Assembly (NCBI GenBank): GCA_001938485.1
Contig: MQRK01209524.1
Location: forward strand, 16,376 to 72,095
Direction: 5' to 3'
DNA from: Girardia tigrina
Taxonomy: Eukaryota
DNA length: 55,720 bases
This document shows, in pieces, positions 1-13,814 of the stretch; position 1 is the first letter of the stretch; each line of letters starts with the position of its first letter. Both the position numbers and the translations under genes were made by a program. Under the pieces are notes generated by a model. It was not told the DNA's origin, did no database searches, and worked only from the letters and a program-made list of their open reading frames with translations.

Positions 1-784
1 TCAAAGTTTTTTAAAATTGCTTATTAAAAATATTTTTATTTATAAATAAATATTTAATATTTTTGTTTTCTTGACATTTTTAATTTTAAGATATTTAATA
101 GATACATTAAAAGATATTTATTATTTTTAAATAGATATTTTATTTTTTATGATCTTCTTTTATTATATCATTTTTAATTTTTTTTTAAAATATTTAAAAA
201 CACATTAAAAAATATTTTATTTTTAGAAACGTTTTTGGTTTTTTAATAGTTGTTTTATTATATTATTTTTAATTTTAAAATATTGAATAAGCATATTAAC
301 ATAAAAATATTTTACCCTTTAAATTAAAAAATAATAAATTATTCAAGCGAGATAAAAATTTAAATTAACCCCTCATAATAACATCATTCTCTCTCTTTCT
401 GGTACGAACCAATATTTATTTTTAAAATAAATAATATTTTTCTCTCTAAAAGAATAATTAAACAATTCAGTGTTCAAGTTTCATAAGTCTCAGCAAAGGC
501 TCGCGTGAACATGGTCCAGTCAGTTCCATAAAACCTTTGCTTGGAATATAAATAAATAAATTAATTAAATAACTCTTCAATATTCTTCTACTTTTTGCTA
601 AAGGTTTTTCGTTCATTTTTTACTCTCAATAAAGATTTTTATTTCATGAACAAAAAATTTTAGTTTCATCTTCAACAAACCAACTTCTAAACGAATTAAT
701 AACACTAGTGAATTTAATTAAAATTTCCAATTTTCTTTAGTTTTAATATCATATTTGAGAAATATTAATAAAATATAATGTTTC

Positions 785-1130
785 CTAATTGACCCTTTCG
801 TTAGTGTCGAGTGAATCAGATCAGAATTTCCATCAAGAGTCGTTATTGAAATCTCATTAACGCCGGGTAGGCCAGGATTCAAGTGTAAAATAAAGACAAA
901 CAATTAGGAAATCTAAATAGAAATTATCAAAATTGATTATTACTCAAATAAAACTGTTGTTTACATCACTAATTCAGACGCATCCGCGACAGAGAAGTAA
1001 CAGGACAGAAAAGCAACTGGTCATAGCCTCTGGTCGGTTGACGAATGTAGCACAAAGAGTCGAGTGTTGGCAACCTTCTCCGACCCATTGCAGGCTATTG
1101 GCAAATAAACACATTTCCCTTTAGGCAGGA
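785..1130. promoter_or_regulatory. Candidate cis-regulatory island
   Basis: Complex, GC-elevated sequence with no TE motifs or credible ORF, inside a very AT-rich background. Confidence 0.3.
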
Positions 1131-1465
1131 TTTAAAATTAATAATTAAATTTTAATTGACTTGCTAATATAGAAGCTGGAGATTGGATATTATATTTATT
1201 TTCAATTCAAGTCAAGTTTTTGTGTATAAAAACAGGGAGTTTTCTAGTGCTGTATAATATGTTCCCATTGATATTTACGATATTTATGGATATCGATTAA
1301 ACAAATAGTGCAAACAGCAAATATTCAATTAAAACAAGTTTTTAATAACTTTACTTGAAAATATTTCTTATTAATGAAATTTAAAATAAGAAAATCTTCA
1401 ATTATTTATTATTATTGATATTATTATTATTATCAAACACATAAACATGTCATTAAAAAAATTAC

Positions 1466-1506
1466 TATCAATTAATTTCGATGGTATAACCGTCATCGTC
1501 AGGTCA
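1466..1506 (-). ncRNA. Minimal type-I hammerhead ribozyme motif (PLE-associated, slightly decayed)
   Basis: Minus strand reads CTGACGA-T-GACGG-TTATA-CCATC-GAAA-TTAA-TT. Core boxes are intact, stem II has one mismatch, stem III is the palindromic ATTAAT and stem I is weak. Lies just downstream of a GIY-YIG remnant. Confidence 0.7.
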
Positions 1507-1559
1507 TAAAGAAATTATGCAATCGATGAATAATTCTGTCGTATAAAAACACTCAATAA

Positions 1560-1855
1560 AGTTGTCTAGAAACCCGTTTGCACATTAATTTTAGAATCTA
1601 AAGATCTGATATATGGTGCTTTTCTGGCCACTCTCTCCCAATAATTATCAAACTGTACACACAAAATTTAAAATAATTCATGTTAATATTTTTATTCAAT
1701 TTGCAAACTTTTCTGTGTTCTGCAATATTACTTCCAACCAAATCACACCCACGTTCTTGGATTCTCCAATAGAGATGACGAGACGTAACTCCAATACATG
1801 TGGCATTTCATCCATTACATGAAAATAGATATACGAGATTCAAATACAATCTAAA
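1560..1855 (-). pseudogene. Penelope-like retroelement GIY-YIG endonuclease remnant (3' end)
   Basis: Manual translation: NLVYLFSCNG*NATCIGVTSRHLYWRIQE..SNIAEHRKVC..FDNYWERVA..YIRSLDSKINVQ. This fits the PLE pattern Y-x-C-xx-C..YIGET..RI.EH..H..C..E..I....P.IN.Q. Confidence 0.8.
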
Positions 1856-4458
1856 TGGGGTTGGAGATTTACAGGGTTATTCATAATTAAATAAATTGTT
1901 CTCTTCTTCCGGCTTTTTCAATCCAGGTTCTCATACTTCGAAAGAAAAAAAATTATTATTGTTGTTTTACAGAAATACAATGTTTAGTGAAAAATTACGA
2001 TTTAAGTTCTTCTGCGTCACTAAGTTAAAAAAACAGCTCAAGTTCAGCAGAGGTGATAAGGTATTCATAAAGAATATGGCGACATCACAAGTGTACAACG
2101 AGGTTCTGCGAAATCAATGTAAAGTTAGTATGATGTCAGTATACGCAGATTGTCTCCACAATTGATGATATCCTATTCTTGGAACAAATTGTGCTTGGGA
2201 TGAAAATGGATTTATTTAAGCCATCTTTACAAGGATAATCTGTAATTGATACTCGGCAAAACAGCAGTCATAATTGTTTTAGGATAGAAATTTGGAAATA
2301 AGACGAAGAAGAAGAAATGCTATGCGACTAGAATAATACAAATAAGCATCCTTTGCTTGATCCATCGAAATTAGACAATGTATGATAATGTCTGTTGGGT
2401 TCTTAATCGAGATTAAGATTCATTAACACCAAAATTTTATTTATAACACAATTAACAATTATTCAAATAATTTTTAGTTAACAATTTTTTTAATAACAAT
2501 TTTCGTCGAGGAACTTTTCTTCGTTTTCTTTTTGACCAGATTTTTTACATAAAAATATGGAACTATAAATACTGATAAGCTATTGTAAAATTGAAACTTT
2601 TTTATTTTCTATTTTAAAAATTTACATTCCACTATTTTATGCAATTTAAATTAAAACCAACATAATTTATTGTAGTCATACTTTTACTAAATTAACCAAA
2701 ATGATTTTTTATTATTTTAGAATTAGTTTAATGTTATTTTCTTTTATTTGTGAAACGTTTTTAATTAATAAATATATTTTAACGTTCTATTTATTATCAA
2801 TATTTCAGTTTAAAAGCATTTTTTTACATACAATTATTTTAAATACAATACAAATATTAAATACAATTTAAATACAAAAAATAATTTACAGTATTCAAAT
2901 TTTTATTATTATTACGATACATTAATGATAAAAGTTTTAATCTTTATTTCTTTTTACGAAAACTGTTTAGAATTAAGTATTTGTCAAATCTTTAATTTGT
3001 AGAATGTCAAACTAACCTTAAAATTTAAAATTATCTGTTTTTTTACTTTACATCTCTGGCAACAAAGTTCATTATTTTATTTTTTAGAATAACTTTTAAA
3101 ATTAGTACAACATAATTATCCTTGTCTTTATATATTTCTTTTAAATCAATTATTTAAAAATCCATTATTTCCGAATTCATTTTATTTTCAGTTTTTACTC
3201 TACAATTAAAATTTGATTATTTCCGAAAATAACTTTTTAAAATTAATTAGATATATTTTTTTTAATTATAATTGCTTAAAAAACTTGTGATTTTACATAT
3301 TTCCTTATTTTAGAAATTCTTTATAAAAATTAATTGTTTCAAAAATTTTAAGAGTGAGCCTGTCCTTCACAATGTCCAAGCACATTTTGCAAGGATAGTG
3401 AAGAAATGTGCCAAAATTTATGTCTTTCTTCATCCTCCATATATTGCATACCTCTAACTATATGGTTATTTCTGTTTCGGATTTATAGATTACTTTCTTC
3501 AAACAAGCCAGTTTGAGAATGTCGTGAGGTGTAAAATGGATGTTACGAGTTTTCATTCCATATTCAAAGGAATTCTATTGAAATGGAATGTTTGAGATGA
3601 AATCATTAATTGACATTTTAAAATTAATTTTAAAATTATTACTTTTTTAAATAATTATTTTTTTTGTTAAAATTTAAAATATATTTTACACGAAAATCAA
3701 AAACATTAAATTGAATACTATTTTATTTTATTTTCAAAACAATTTATTTTTTTTCAATTTTAAAACATAATTAAAATTGATTAATTCAAAATGAAATTCG
3801 TTAATTTAATTAATATTGAAATATTTAAAAGAGGGGGGCCGCAAATTAAATTTTTCATCAATTATATTTTTTCCTAATGAAAATATTAGAAAAAAATTAA
3901 TTCAATAAAAAAATGTTTTTTTCTGTTTGTCTTAATTTATTTTGCCGAGAAATCCAATTATTATTTCGAAAAAAATGAATATATGAATGGAAAATCATAT
4001 ATCTGTGGAGAAATTCAACATATGGAAAAGTGTAAAAAAAGAATCTTATCGATCACCTTCATCATTGTATGAGATAATTAATATCCTTTAAAAAATATAC
4101 CTTTGGAGCTGCTGCGGAAACGGGCTACATGCCCACTTCCCACCTGATGATGGGTATCCTGTTGCACTATCTAGTTTATCACATAATTATTTTGAAATAT
4201 TCGCAATTCCTCATTTTTTATTATTTAATAAAAATCAATGGGAAAAATGTCAAAATATTTCTTCGACAAAAAAAAACATTTTCTTATTTTATTTATTACA
4301 AAATAATTTTATATTTTTTTTTGATTTCAAATAAAATTTTCAAAATTAATTTTCTTTTAAAATATTTATTCCCAATTAATATAATAGAAAGAATATTGCT
4401 TTTGTTTAATTAAAAAAAATCATATTTCGTAACCCTATTCATAATCTTGATCCTTATA

Positions 4459-4906
4459 AGTTATAACATTATAAGACCGATGAGGGTTTCTATTTAAATT
4501 CTTGCAGATTTATAAAATTTTAAAAAATATCAATGTAAAGAAATGCTCAATTTTTGGTAATAACCGGCAAATGGCGAGTACTCGCGTATATTGTGTTCAT
4601 TTGAAATGTTTTGTGTTATTGAATGCATTATACGTGACATGGAATTCGTTACGACAAGATGTGATTTGATATAAGATATTTGAAATGTTTTGTTATTTTG
4701 TTTATCAAGTCCGGTTTTTTTTTAATTTTGTTGTGACAATTATGTGGCACTGATTACAGTATCTAGAAAAAGCGTGATAGATCAGGATATAGTGCAAGGT
4801 GTAACGAATTTAGTAGAATTTAGTTACAACATTTTAAGACCGATGAGGGTTACTATTTAAATTCTTGCAGATTTATAAAATTTTAAAAAATATCAATGTA
4901 AAGAAA
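4459..4906. repeat. 85-bp direct repeat pair (4459-4543, 4822-4906) flanking a 278-bp spacer
   Basis: Both copies read agtta(t/c)aacatt(a/t)taagaccgatgagggtt(t/a)ctatttaaattcttgcag...caatgtaaagaaa, with 3 mismatches. Confidence 0.9.
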
Positions 4907-6639
4907 GTTAGAAAATTATCAATAATGATTTTTGAGCTTCCATTAACTTAGTAAATATAAAAATAATAACTTAATTATTAGATTAATATAATTTTATTTA
5001 AAACACAATGGAAGGAGTAAAAAGTTGATGATTAAATCGTCACAACAAAAAATGTGAGAATAATAAGTGGATGAATTAATGTAAGTAAGTAAATCAATAA
5101 TTGACAATAATTTGTGGAATTGGTGGGGGGAAAGGAGAGTTTGAACTGTTTCAATGTTGACAAAGTTGTCTGAAGTAGTTCAAGGGTTCAAGATATAGTG
5201 TTCATTAACGTATAAATAAACAAAAGAACATTTTTATGCCTTAGAGCTTGGTGAACAGCGAACACTACTTTTGATAGAAATGACGTATGAAAGTCGAGAT
5301 ACGTTTCTTAGTAGGTAGTGTTGTCATCCAAAATAGCAGAGCACATAGTACTATCAATGAAGAAATAATCCGAGGGCATGTTAAGATTGTCAAAGAACAG
5401 AATTTTATTACTGATCCTATAGTTAATAGATATTAGTGATTCTCAAAATTCATTTTCTATTGATTTAGTAATTTTAACTAATTCATTTTTTTGTCGGTGA
5501 GCAAAAGTGCCCGGTTTGTACATAAATAAATACGCCGCATGTATCGGCCCTAAGGCGTCCTTTACACCGGCCCTGGTTTCCACAGGGGTTCTTTCACTAG
5601 CGGCCTCTCCCCGCACCCATCACTTGTGTGAACGTCTCCGCACATATTATTCGGATAGTTGTACATTGAATATTAATCTCTCAATAGTTTTTAAAATTTG
5701 TAAATTACAAAGGTGGAGCCTAGCTCGATTATATTAAAGTTTTGATATTTTACATAAAAATCCAGTGGTTTATCTGAAAGTTAAGATTATTTGAGAGAAA
5801 AAATTGGTTCAAGTAAAATGCAAGTCTTTCTCAAATATGTGATAGTCTTTCCGATAAGACGTGGTTTATAAAGTCGAAAATACAGCTAAGATTCAGTTTG
5901 GAAGAGTAAAAGTAGAGACACCAGTCATCGTTATTCGGAACAACGACAACACAGTCTTCATTAATAAACAGATTCAATGACAGATTGTAGGAAATGAATT
6001 TTTTATTTTCGGATATTAGATTATCAACTATTTTAATGGACAGAACATGTATGGCGTTTCTTTTTAAAAAGTATGGCAGACCAGATAATGTAAGCACGGT
6101 TTCACGAATTCAAGATTGATACCATGGAAAATCAGTGATTTTATAGATGGGTTATTTATATGTATTGGTTATTTTTGAACGGAAAAATAAATCGTCTCTG
6201 GATTGACGAAATAAATGAATCGAGATCCAAGAAGTCTTCAGAAAATCTGGAGAAAAACTTCTTCGGAAGTTTAGACTAATGGAATCTGACAAACCATAAT
6301 TTTGCGGCAGTTAATTATTATCATTTACTTACTTTTATTTGATTAACTTTTTTATTGATTTATTTAAAAATACGGGTAAGTACAATTGATTTTAAAATCA
6401 GGTATATCCTTTTGCTAAGTTTTTTTAATAGAATGCAATTTTTTTCAAAAATGCTACATTAAAAGTGATTTATTTCTAAATTTTATTTTCATTAAATACT
6501 TATAAAAAAAACCATGTTTTCAATATAACGGAGCTATTTTTCCACAGTGACTTCTCTTTCTAAGCAAAAACGAAGATACTTTGGAAGAAAGGTATTTATT
6601 ATAATTTAGAAGCTTAAAGAATTGCAACCTGCAAATCAG

Positions 6640-7850
6640 AGTAACCGCGTCCCAATAGTATTGAAGAGAAAACTGATTGAGACTAGTATTTTCTCTGTTG
6701 TCTATTATGGTAGTGAGTGATGGGTAACGGCTGAGAAGGACGTTACACGGTTACAAGCATAATAGTTACTTCATAATTGCTGCAAAGACGACATCTCTCA
6801 AGAAGACCAAACTCGACAGGACCTCGAATAAGGACATGACGATTGGACTGACTGTGGCAAGTGTGATTCTAGCCAAAAGACGCATAGTATTCTATGAATA
6901 CAATTCACGGAAGGGTGTAACTAAGGTTCGAAGAGTTCTAAACTCTGAGATCGCCTCAGAAAATCACGGAATCAGCGCCGTAGAAAGCAACTGATGAAAA
7001 TACGCATTGCTCGCGATGTGCTCTTGATATTCAACGATCCGGCAGATTTGGCAGAATACAGGGAAAGTCTAAACAAAAGAGGGCTTCTCGACAATGATGA
7101 GGAATTTAAACACTTGATCAAAGGAACCATATCTGAGGGACTGAAAGAGGCAGTCGAGTAAGAGAAAGAATATCCGAAAATGCTTCAGCCGTGCATCAAA
7201 ATATTAGTTTGCATATTCCCTTCGTGCTTTAAAGAATTTGTTGAGCCGAAGGGACTCACAAGACACATTAAGAATGTGCATCTGACCACGGCGCCGAAGG
7301 CACAGAGAGGTGGTGGTTCATTCATAAGTCACATGGAGACTTATAAAACAAATGGATGGCTACAACGACATTTATTTATTGATCAACGAATCCCAGGTAA
7401 TGGTACTACGAACATCCAAGTAGTACAAAGAGAAGAAACAGAAAGACATACTGGACCTTTGAACTTGAACGCGGAACATGATATGACTGTCCAAGAGTAA
7501 TCCCTAGTGTGGTGCTGAATTTTCGATTGGATAATATAACGGATAAGGGAATGTTTCATTGCCCATTTCCCCGTTGCACTAAGTGAGTTTATACAGCCAG
7601 AATTCGCCAGAATCACGGAACGAAGGAACATGACTGGTCATTTCTCAGAGGGAAGCCGAAGCCTACCCGTGCATTGAAAGCTCGCAGTCTTGCATCTGAA
7701 GCCGTATGAGAGGATCAGAAAACTTTGTATTTGTCAAATGTTGTCTACCCGATACAGAGTCTATGATTCACTACCCTGTGCGTCAATGCTGAGTATTATT
7801 TGTAATACACAGTTATCCGTAACAGTCGGTGAAGGCTTTTTATAATAAAA
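6640..7850 (+). mobile_element. 5'-truncated RTE-type non-LTR retrotransposon remnant with C-terminal C2H2 zinc fingers
   Basis: RT thumb FSVVYYGSE*WVTAEKDVTRLQA..HNC at ~6690-6790. Then CIFPSCFKEFVEPKGLTRHIKNVH, YKTNGWLQRH and FHCPFPRCTK*VYTARIRQNHGTKEH (~7551-7635). Contains stops and frameshifts. Confidence 0.75.
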
Positions 7851-8599
7851 AGGTTCCAATGAAAAATTATATTTTCATTGTGCTTTTAATTTTGGTTTTT
7901 TATCTATGTGTCTAATTTTTTATGCTTTTTGAATTGAATCTGGGCTCTAATAATTTGGGCTTTAAAATAAAATAAAAATAATAAAATAAAAATTATCATT
8001 TTATTAAAATACTTAGCATAAAAAAATGGAAGCCTTTTAAAATTAAAATAATTCTTTTAATTGAAAAATAAATTATTTGAATTGAAGTATAATAAAGTAT
8101 AATTATAATAAAAAATAAAATAAATAATAATCAAAATAAATAATAATCAACATTTTGATTTTATTGAAAAAATTTAAAATTTTTTTTATTTTTTCTTAAA
8201 ATAAAAAAAAATAGAAATTATTTTTATGACAAAATTACCGAAAAAAATATAATTAATATTTTCTTAAAATTATTAAAAATAAATTTTTAAAATTAAATTT
8301 CCAAAAATTAACTTAGAAAATTTTTTTTCGGTTTTTAATTTTCTATTGTAATTGAAAATTAAAATGTTTTTTTTTCTGTGTCAAGAAAAAAAATCCAGTT
8401 TTTTTTCCTATTCAAGAAAAAAAAGCATATAAAAATCTAATTAATTCTACAGCAAATGATTATTAATTATTTTTCTCAACCGATTTATTAAAAAAAACAC
8501 AAAAAAAACAAAATCCCACTAATAAACCAGAACATATTCTACCAAATAAAAGAAATTCTCGTTTGCATGGCGAAAAAATTTTTCGAGTAAAAAAAAATT

Positions 8600-8980
8600 A
8601 TTTCTAAATCAAAAGACCTGAGGCTGTTACGCAAAATAGCCAGCCTTCTCGGCATGAAGATTTATAAGCAAGCAAATATCTCTCCACAGCGCTTTTACAA
8701 TAGACAGCGGGTAATGCATCACAAAGTAATAGGTCTTTAATTAGAGTCCCGTTGTTGAGCCGATATAAGAGCTGGATGCGGACAGGGAATCTGGCCACTT
8801 GTGAAGGCTCCAGTTACGTTTACCAGGTAGAAAAAAGATAATTGTATCTCATTATCTAAAACATCAAAGCCGTTTTCTACTTTGCATATGGCTGATGCTT
8901 TGTTTTATTCTTCAGAAATTTATCCAGATACTGCACTTGGTTCATTTGTGTCCTGCAAAAGCAATTATCGCTGGAGAACA
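8600..8980. promoter_or_regulatory. Candidate cis-regulatory island
   Basis: Non-TE GC-elevated island with TTAATTAG-type homeodomain sites. Confidence 0.35.
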
Positions 8981-9189
8981 TTTATTTAAATCGTGTTTTT
9001 TTATATTTGAAAATAAATCCATAAATGACCCATTAAATATATTTTTTTCCTATTTTTTCTCATCTTTTTTCCCCATCCCAATCGGTTGAGAGTGTGGGTT
9101 TTTTTTATTATTTTTTTAATATTAAAATTACAATAATAATTATTATTAATTAATTTTTTTCTCATTTTAAATTCCGAATAAAATGGTTG

Positions 9190-9675
9190 GTGAGGAATAT
9201 TTTAAATTGTTTGAATGTGTAAATGTATTGATGCTGTATGTTGATTTAGAATGGTGATTCTCCCACCCAGATGGAAATTGGTATTTTTTTTAGTAAGTTT
9301 AAAGTGATTGACTATTCGAACATAATTAAAATAATAATTTTATAAGTTCATATCTTTATTTTCAGAATTAAAATTAAGTTTAATAATTTTTAGTAAAATT
9401 GAAATTAAATACATTTTTAATAATTTGATGTCATTTTTATTATTTTGGGATTTATTGAAAAATGGTAAAAATTAATATTTTTAATTAATATTTTTTAGAG
9501 GTTAAATATTTTAAAAAATAATTTAGAAAAATTGTTCGAATAATCGTGATTAAAAATAAAAATAAGAAAACCAATTAGAAGGATGACAAACGATGAAAGA
9601 CTTTCTGAGAGTCATAATGACTCTAAATGTAATTGCAATAAAGATTTAAACGAGACTTGTTTAAATGTTCTTAAT
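9190..9675 (+). repeat. Dispersed ~480-bp repeat, copy 1
   Basis: Collinear and highly similar to 31868-32322 (gtgaggaatattttaaattg...gagtcataatgactctaaatg...aaatgttcttaata). Confidence 0.85.
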
Positions 9676-10589
9676 ATGGTTGTTATTGATTTTTTTAATA
9701 AAAAAAGACAAAGAAAATAAATAAATAAAAAATCAATTTTTTTAATAATTATGAAATTTTTAATCTTAATATTCATGAATTCAAATTAAAAAGAAATTGT
9801 AAATAATTAAGAAAAAAATTAATTAATTAAATTTTAGAGATTTGTTTTTCTGGTTTCCGGATATTAATGTTGAAATAAATCACGTATTAATAAAAATCGA
9901 AATCACCACAGGAAATGGGCAAAAAACAATCAAAATCGTAATTGCATTTGATAAAAAAAAGGGATGGGCGTCACGTTTTTTTGTTTTAATTTTCTTCTAA
10001 ATACCAAATAGAAACAAAAAATTATGATGAAAATAATGACAAAACAAAAAAACAGTGATGATTGATAAATATTGACAATGTCGTCAAGTTATCTTTCAAA
10101 TTTGACTTTGATTTTTATCACATGTGCATTTATTTATTTTATTTTAATTATCAATTAAATTACATTTAATTATATTTCTAATAATTTACTTTTAATTAAT
10201 TTCAATTTAATCCTGTTTATTTATTTATTTTGATCAAAAATTTTTAAAAAATACTTTAATTTATTGGAAAAAAATATAATTATAAATTTGAGTATTTTTC
10301 CGATCCGACCCCCCCAACTCTGGAAAATAATTACATTGGATTAAATGATTAATTTAAACAAAAAAAATTTTAAATTTTCCCAAAAAAAATCATTTATAAT
10401 ATAATTTGAAAAATTATTTTTTTGTTTATTTTTTGGTTGAAAAAAAAATAATTTAATTTATTTATTTTTTTCATGTTATATGATATTAATAAATAACTAT
10501 ATAACCTTGTTTTGATTAGTGAATATTAATTAGTCTTATTACTAATGATTAAGTAATAATTTTCTACAGTATATCTCTAAATTCATTCA

Positions 10590-11050
10590 GGAAAATGAAA
10601 GCGGAATTTTCAGCTGAAAATTCGCTACATTTGTCCCAATAATAGGAAGAGTAATGTTGCATGAAAAAGCTGGGCACAGCTCATTTGTAATAATTACTGC
10701 TATCCACTCTTCTCTGGCTGAAATCGAACACGATTCCTGCTCACAGAGCAGTCCTGAATGGACAGGTGAGGACGAGTATCGAAATATCAGATCGCAATCT
10801 ATGATTGACACTACTGTCAGCGTGGAATAACCAGTCTACTCGATGCCCATCTCATGTGTAAGTGCGACTTTATCTTTGGATAATTGAGGCCTCTACCATC
10901 TCATACGTGTGCCTTCTCCTCTCAAACAGTCCGAGTAGCTAATTAAAGTTGACTAATTTGCCATTTTTCGCTCTGCTGAGCATGCTTCCTCACACTAGGC
11001 TTAAGCATTCCTCTTGCTCGTTTTTTCTTCGACTGTGATTGAAGCAGAAC
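10590..11050. promoter_or_regulatory. Candidate enhancer with Pbx-Meis/Prep site
   Basis: TGATTGACA at 10802-10810, CTGTCA at 10814, a 20-bp palindrome at 10604-10623, and TAATT sites. Confidence 0.45.
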
Positions 11051-11269
11051 AGATTTTTTTATCACTTTTTCTTTTGTATTCATTTAATAAATATATTTGT
11101 ATATATAATATTATATATCTAAAATAAAATGAAATATTATGCATAGAACCATGATTTTTCTCACTCGACCCTATTGACTGGGATTTTGTGTGATTAAGAC
11201 AACAATTTTCGTATTTTATTCATCTTTTTGTTCAATCGAAATTTTTTATCAAATGAAAACAAATTAACG

Positions 11270-12220
11270 AAATGTGGAACATTTAACAAGGAACAATTAA
11301 TTTTTGTTTAATATCCAAACAATCCATGAGCAAAAGGTTTTTTATATTCTCTCTTCTATTTACACCATACATGAAAACAGAACGTTTTCTGATTTCATTA
11401 CCTCCTAAGAGGAAAGATCATTTCTATAAGACGCCTGAAAGGTGATTAACGTCGTTCTTGTTACGTCATTGAAAAGAGGATCTTACTAATTTGCTCTAAA
11501 CTTTATATTTATAGGTTTTAAAAGCTTCTCCTTTGTTTTTTTTCACTTCAACTGACTTATCACACTCGGAACATCTGTTAACCTGCTTGAATAAAAATCG
11601 GAGTACATGTTAAAAAAATTGGAAAGTATTAAAATGTGATGAATCGATTAAAATTGAATAATGACTACGACATATATTGAATGAGAATAGAAAAATGACT
11701 CGTTTTCCCATCTGCAAATGTTTAGTTTATCAAATCCCCCTGTGACGAAAGGTGAGTGGCCTACAACAATTCCAAAAGATCAAGGAACTGAATTGAGCTG
11801 AGAACAGTTTCAGGAACAAGGGAAAAGAAGAATAATCATCAGAGAAGGTTATGATAATAGTTTGGTAAATTTCACGGGGAATATGAATTACCTTCCTCAG
11901 TTTGCTAAAATTCATCAAAAGTCACTGTAAGCAAAAGCGTCATTGGTAATCAGAAAAAGAATTCTTCTGATCCATAATAACGCTCAATTGCAAATTGTGA
12001 ACAATACCAGCAACAAGTTGATAGAGGTAGGATGGGATATTCTGCTACATTTGCCATGTATCACTTAGTAGATCACCATCTTATTCAGTCATTATCAAAT
12101 TTTCTGACCATCGAACACTTAATAAAATGATGATCATGTAAATATATAGTTATATCAGGTTTTTGCGTCGAAAAATCCAACTTCCATTCACACAGAATGT
12201 GTTCAACGCAAATGATGGGT
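11270..12220 (+). pseudogene. Decayed mariner (DD34D-type) transposase
   Basis: Fragments KVMIIVW*..YELP and LIHNNAQ..TSNKLIEVGWDILLHLP..HLIQSLSNFL match mariner KVML.VWW, HDNARPH and WEVL.HPPYSPDLAPSDYHLF. Confidence 0.7.
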
Positions 12221-13814
12221 ACTTTATATGGGTACAGTAAGACCCAGTTTAGGTCTAGGGATACGTTCTATCAAAGAAAAGCGTAATGCGAAACAGCGCT
12301 AAACGAGGCTATCCTAAAAATTGGTTAGATATTAAATTTAATAATTATTTTTTGTTATTAAAAATAAAAAAAACATTTATTTTTTACAAAAATAAAAACA
12401 ATATAAACGAATTATAGTACTTATAAAAACCAATAAAATTCTATTGTGATTAGCGTGATTTCATGCAATAGATTACATAATCATTATTTTTGTGTTTCTT
12501 CACGTGAATTAAATTATTAATCAGTAACATGAAAATGGCGGTTAATCGATAAATTTTGTTTTTAATAAAGATTTTTCATCCAGATTGAAGCTTATCAATA
12601 ATCATTACCCTGATGCGCTCAAACCTTTCAGAAGATATATGCAAATAGAAACGAATTCTTTTATTGTTTTTTGTGAAATTCATTGAAAATTAAAATACAA
12701 ATGATTGTTTTATTAATGGAGTTTTGTTTTCCTAGTATATTAACATTGAAATTAAAACTTATTTGATTAATAAAAACACCTTGAATATGTAAAATTGACA
12801 CTGTATAAATTTCTTAAACTAGTCAAAGGTGTCCGAAGACCCAACGTGAATCAGAGAGCTTTGTAAACATTTCCAATATTTTTTGTTTGTATTATGATCA
12901 ATGCTAATTAAAGTAAACAAGAGTATAGAATCACTCTTACGTCCTCTTGTGCAACATAATCTTCATTTGCGAAATTTTGAGTCAATATAAGTTTCACAGT
13001 TTTCTCTTTTGATCAAAACAATTCCAAATTTCACATCAATTTGTAGGTTAGAAAATTTGGGAGAGAAGCCAGATGTTGAATATGGTCTTGAAGGAAATAT
13101 ACTTGAAAAGAAAATTTTGGAAATATTTCCTCATGGAATCAGTAAAATGGGGATTTTTAACGGAATATTAAATTTTAAAATCAAAAAAAGTCCTTAAACA
13201 TTTTGTTTAGTTTTATAAAATTTATAAAAGGAAAAAACTTTTCTTTCCATTTGAAGAATTTAATAAATCCTGATTGACTGGAATTAGTCTTCTGTCGCAC
13301 TCCATAATTCTGACAGATGAATCGTATTACGATCCAGTACGGGGAAAATATAATATAAAAATATAAAATAAAAATATAAAAAATCTTCTCGATTTATATC
13401 AAAACATCTGTGCGATGGATAAAAAACAATTTATTTTTATTTTTTAATTAAATTTACACGTTGATGGACAGAACGATTTTTGCGAACGTTATAAAATCAG
13501 TCAGTAACATTTATTTTGCTAAATTTGTTAAAACTTATATTTTGTTATCTTTATTAGTTAATAATTGATATGTAGAAATTTTAGTGAAAATTAAAGCCGG
13601 ACGCCGATAGAAGTTTTCGCAGTTTTAATGACGAAAAACAGGACGCAGTGCAGCGTTTTGTCCAGCAACGTGTTCAGAAGCTTATGAGGTAGAGGATTAT
13701 TTCTTACTGGGTAAAAATTCAATATTTATTTATTGTTTTCGTTAATTTTATTCATAAAAACAGAAATAAAATGATGTAAAATTATTGGGCTAATTGAATT
13801 AAAAAAATAATAAA

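Noticed and set aside
4144-4170. CTGATGA as a hammerhead core (also 38941, 48846)
   Set aside because: No stem II followed by GAAA.
5130-6310. Possible RT remnants (also 18300-18700, 20120-20600, 3350-3600)
   Set aside because: Only faint motif resemblance. Too decayed to assign a family by eye.
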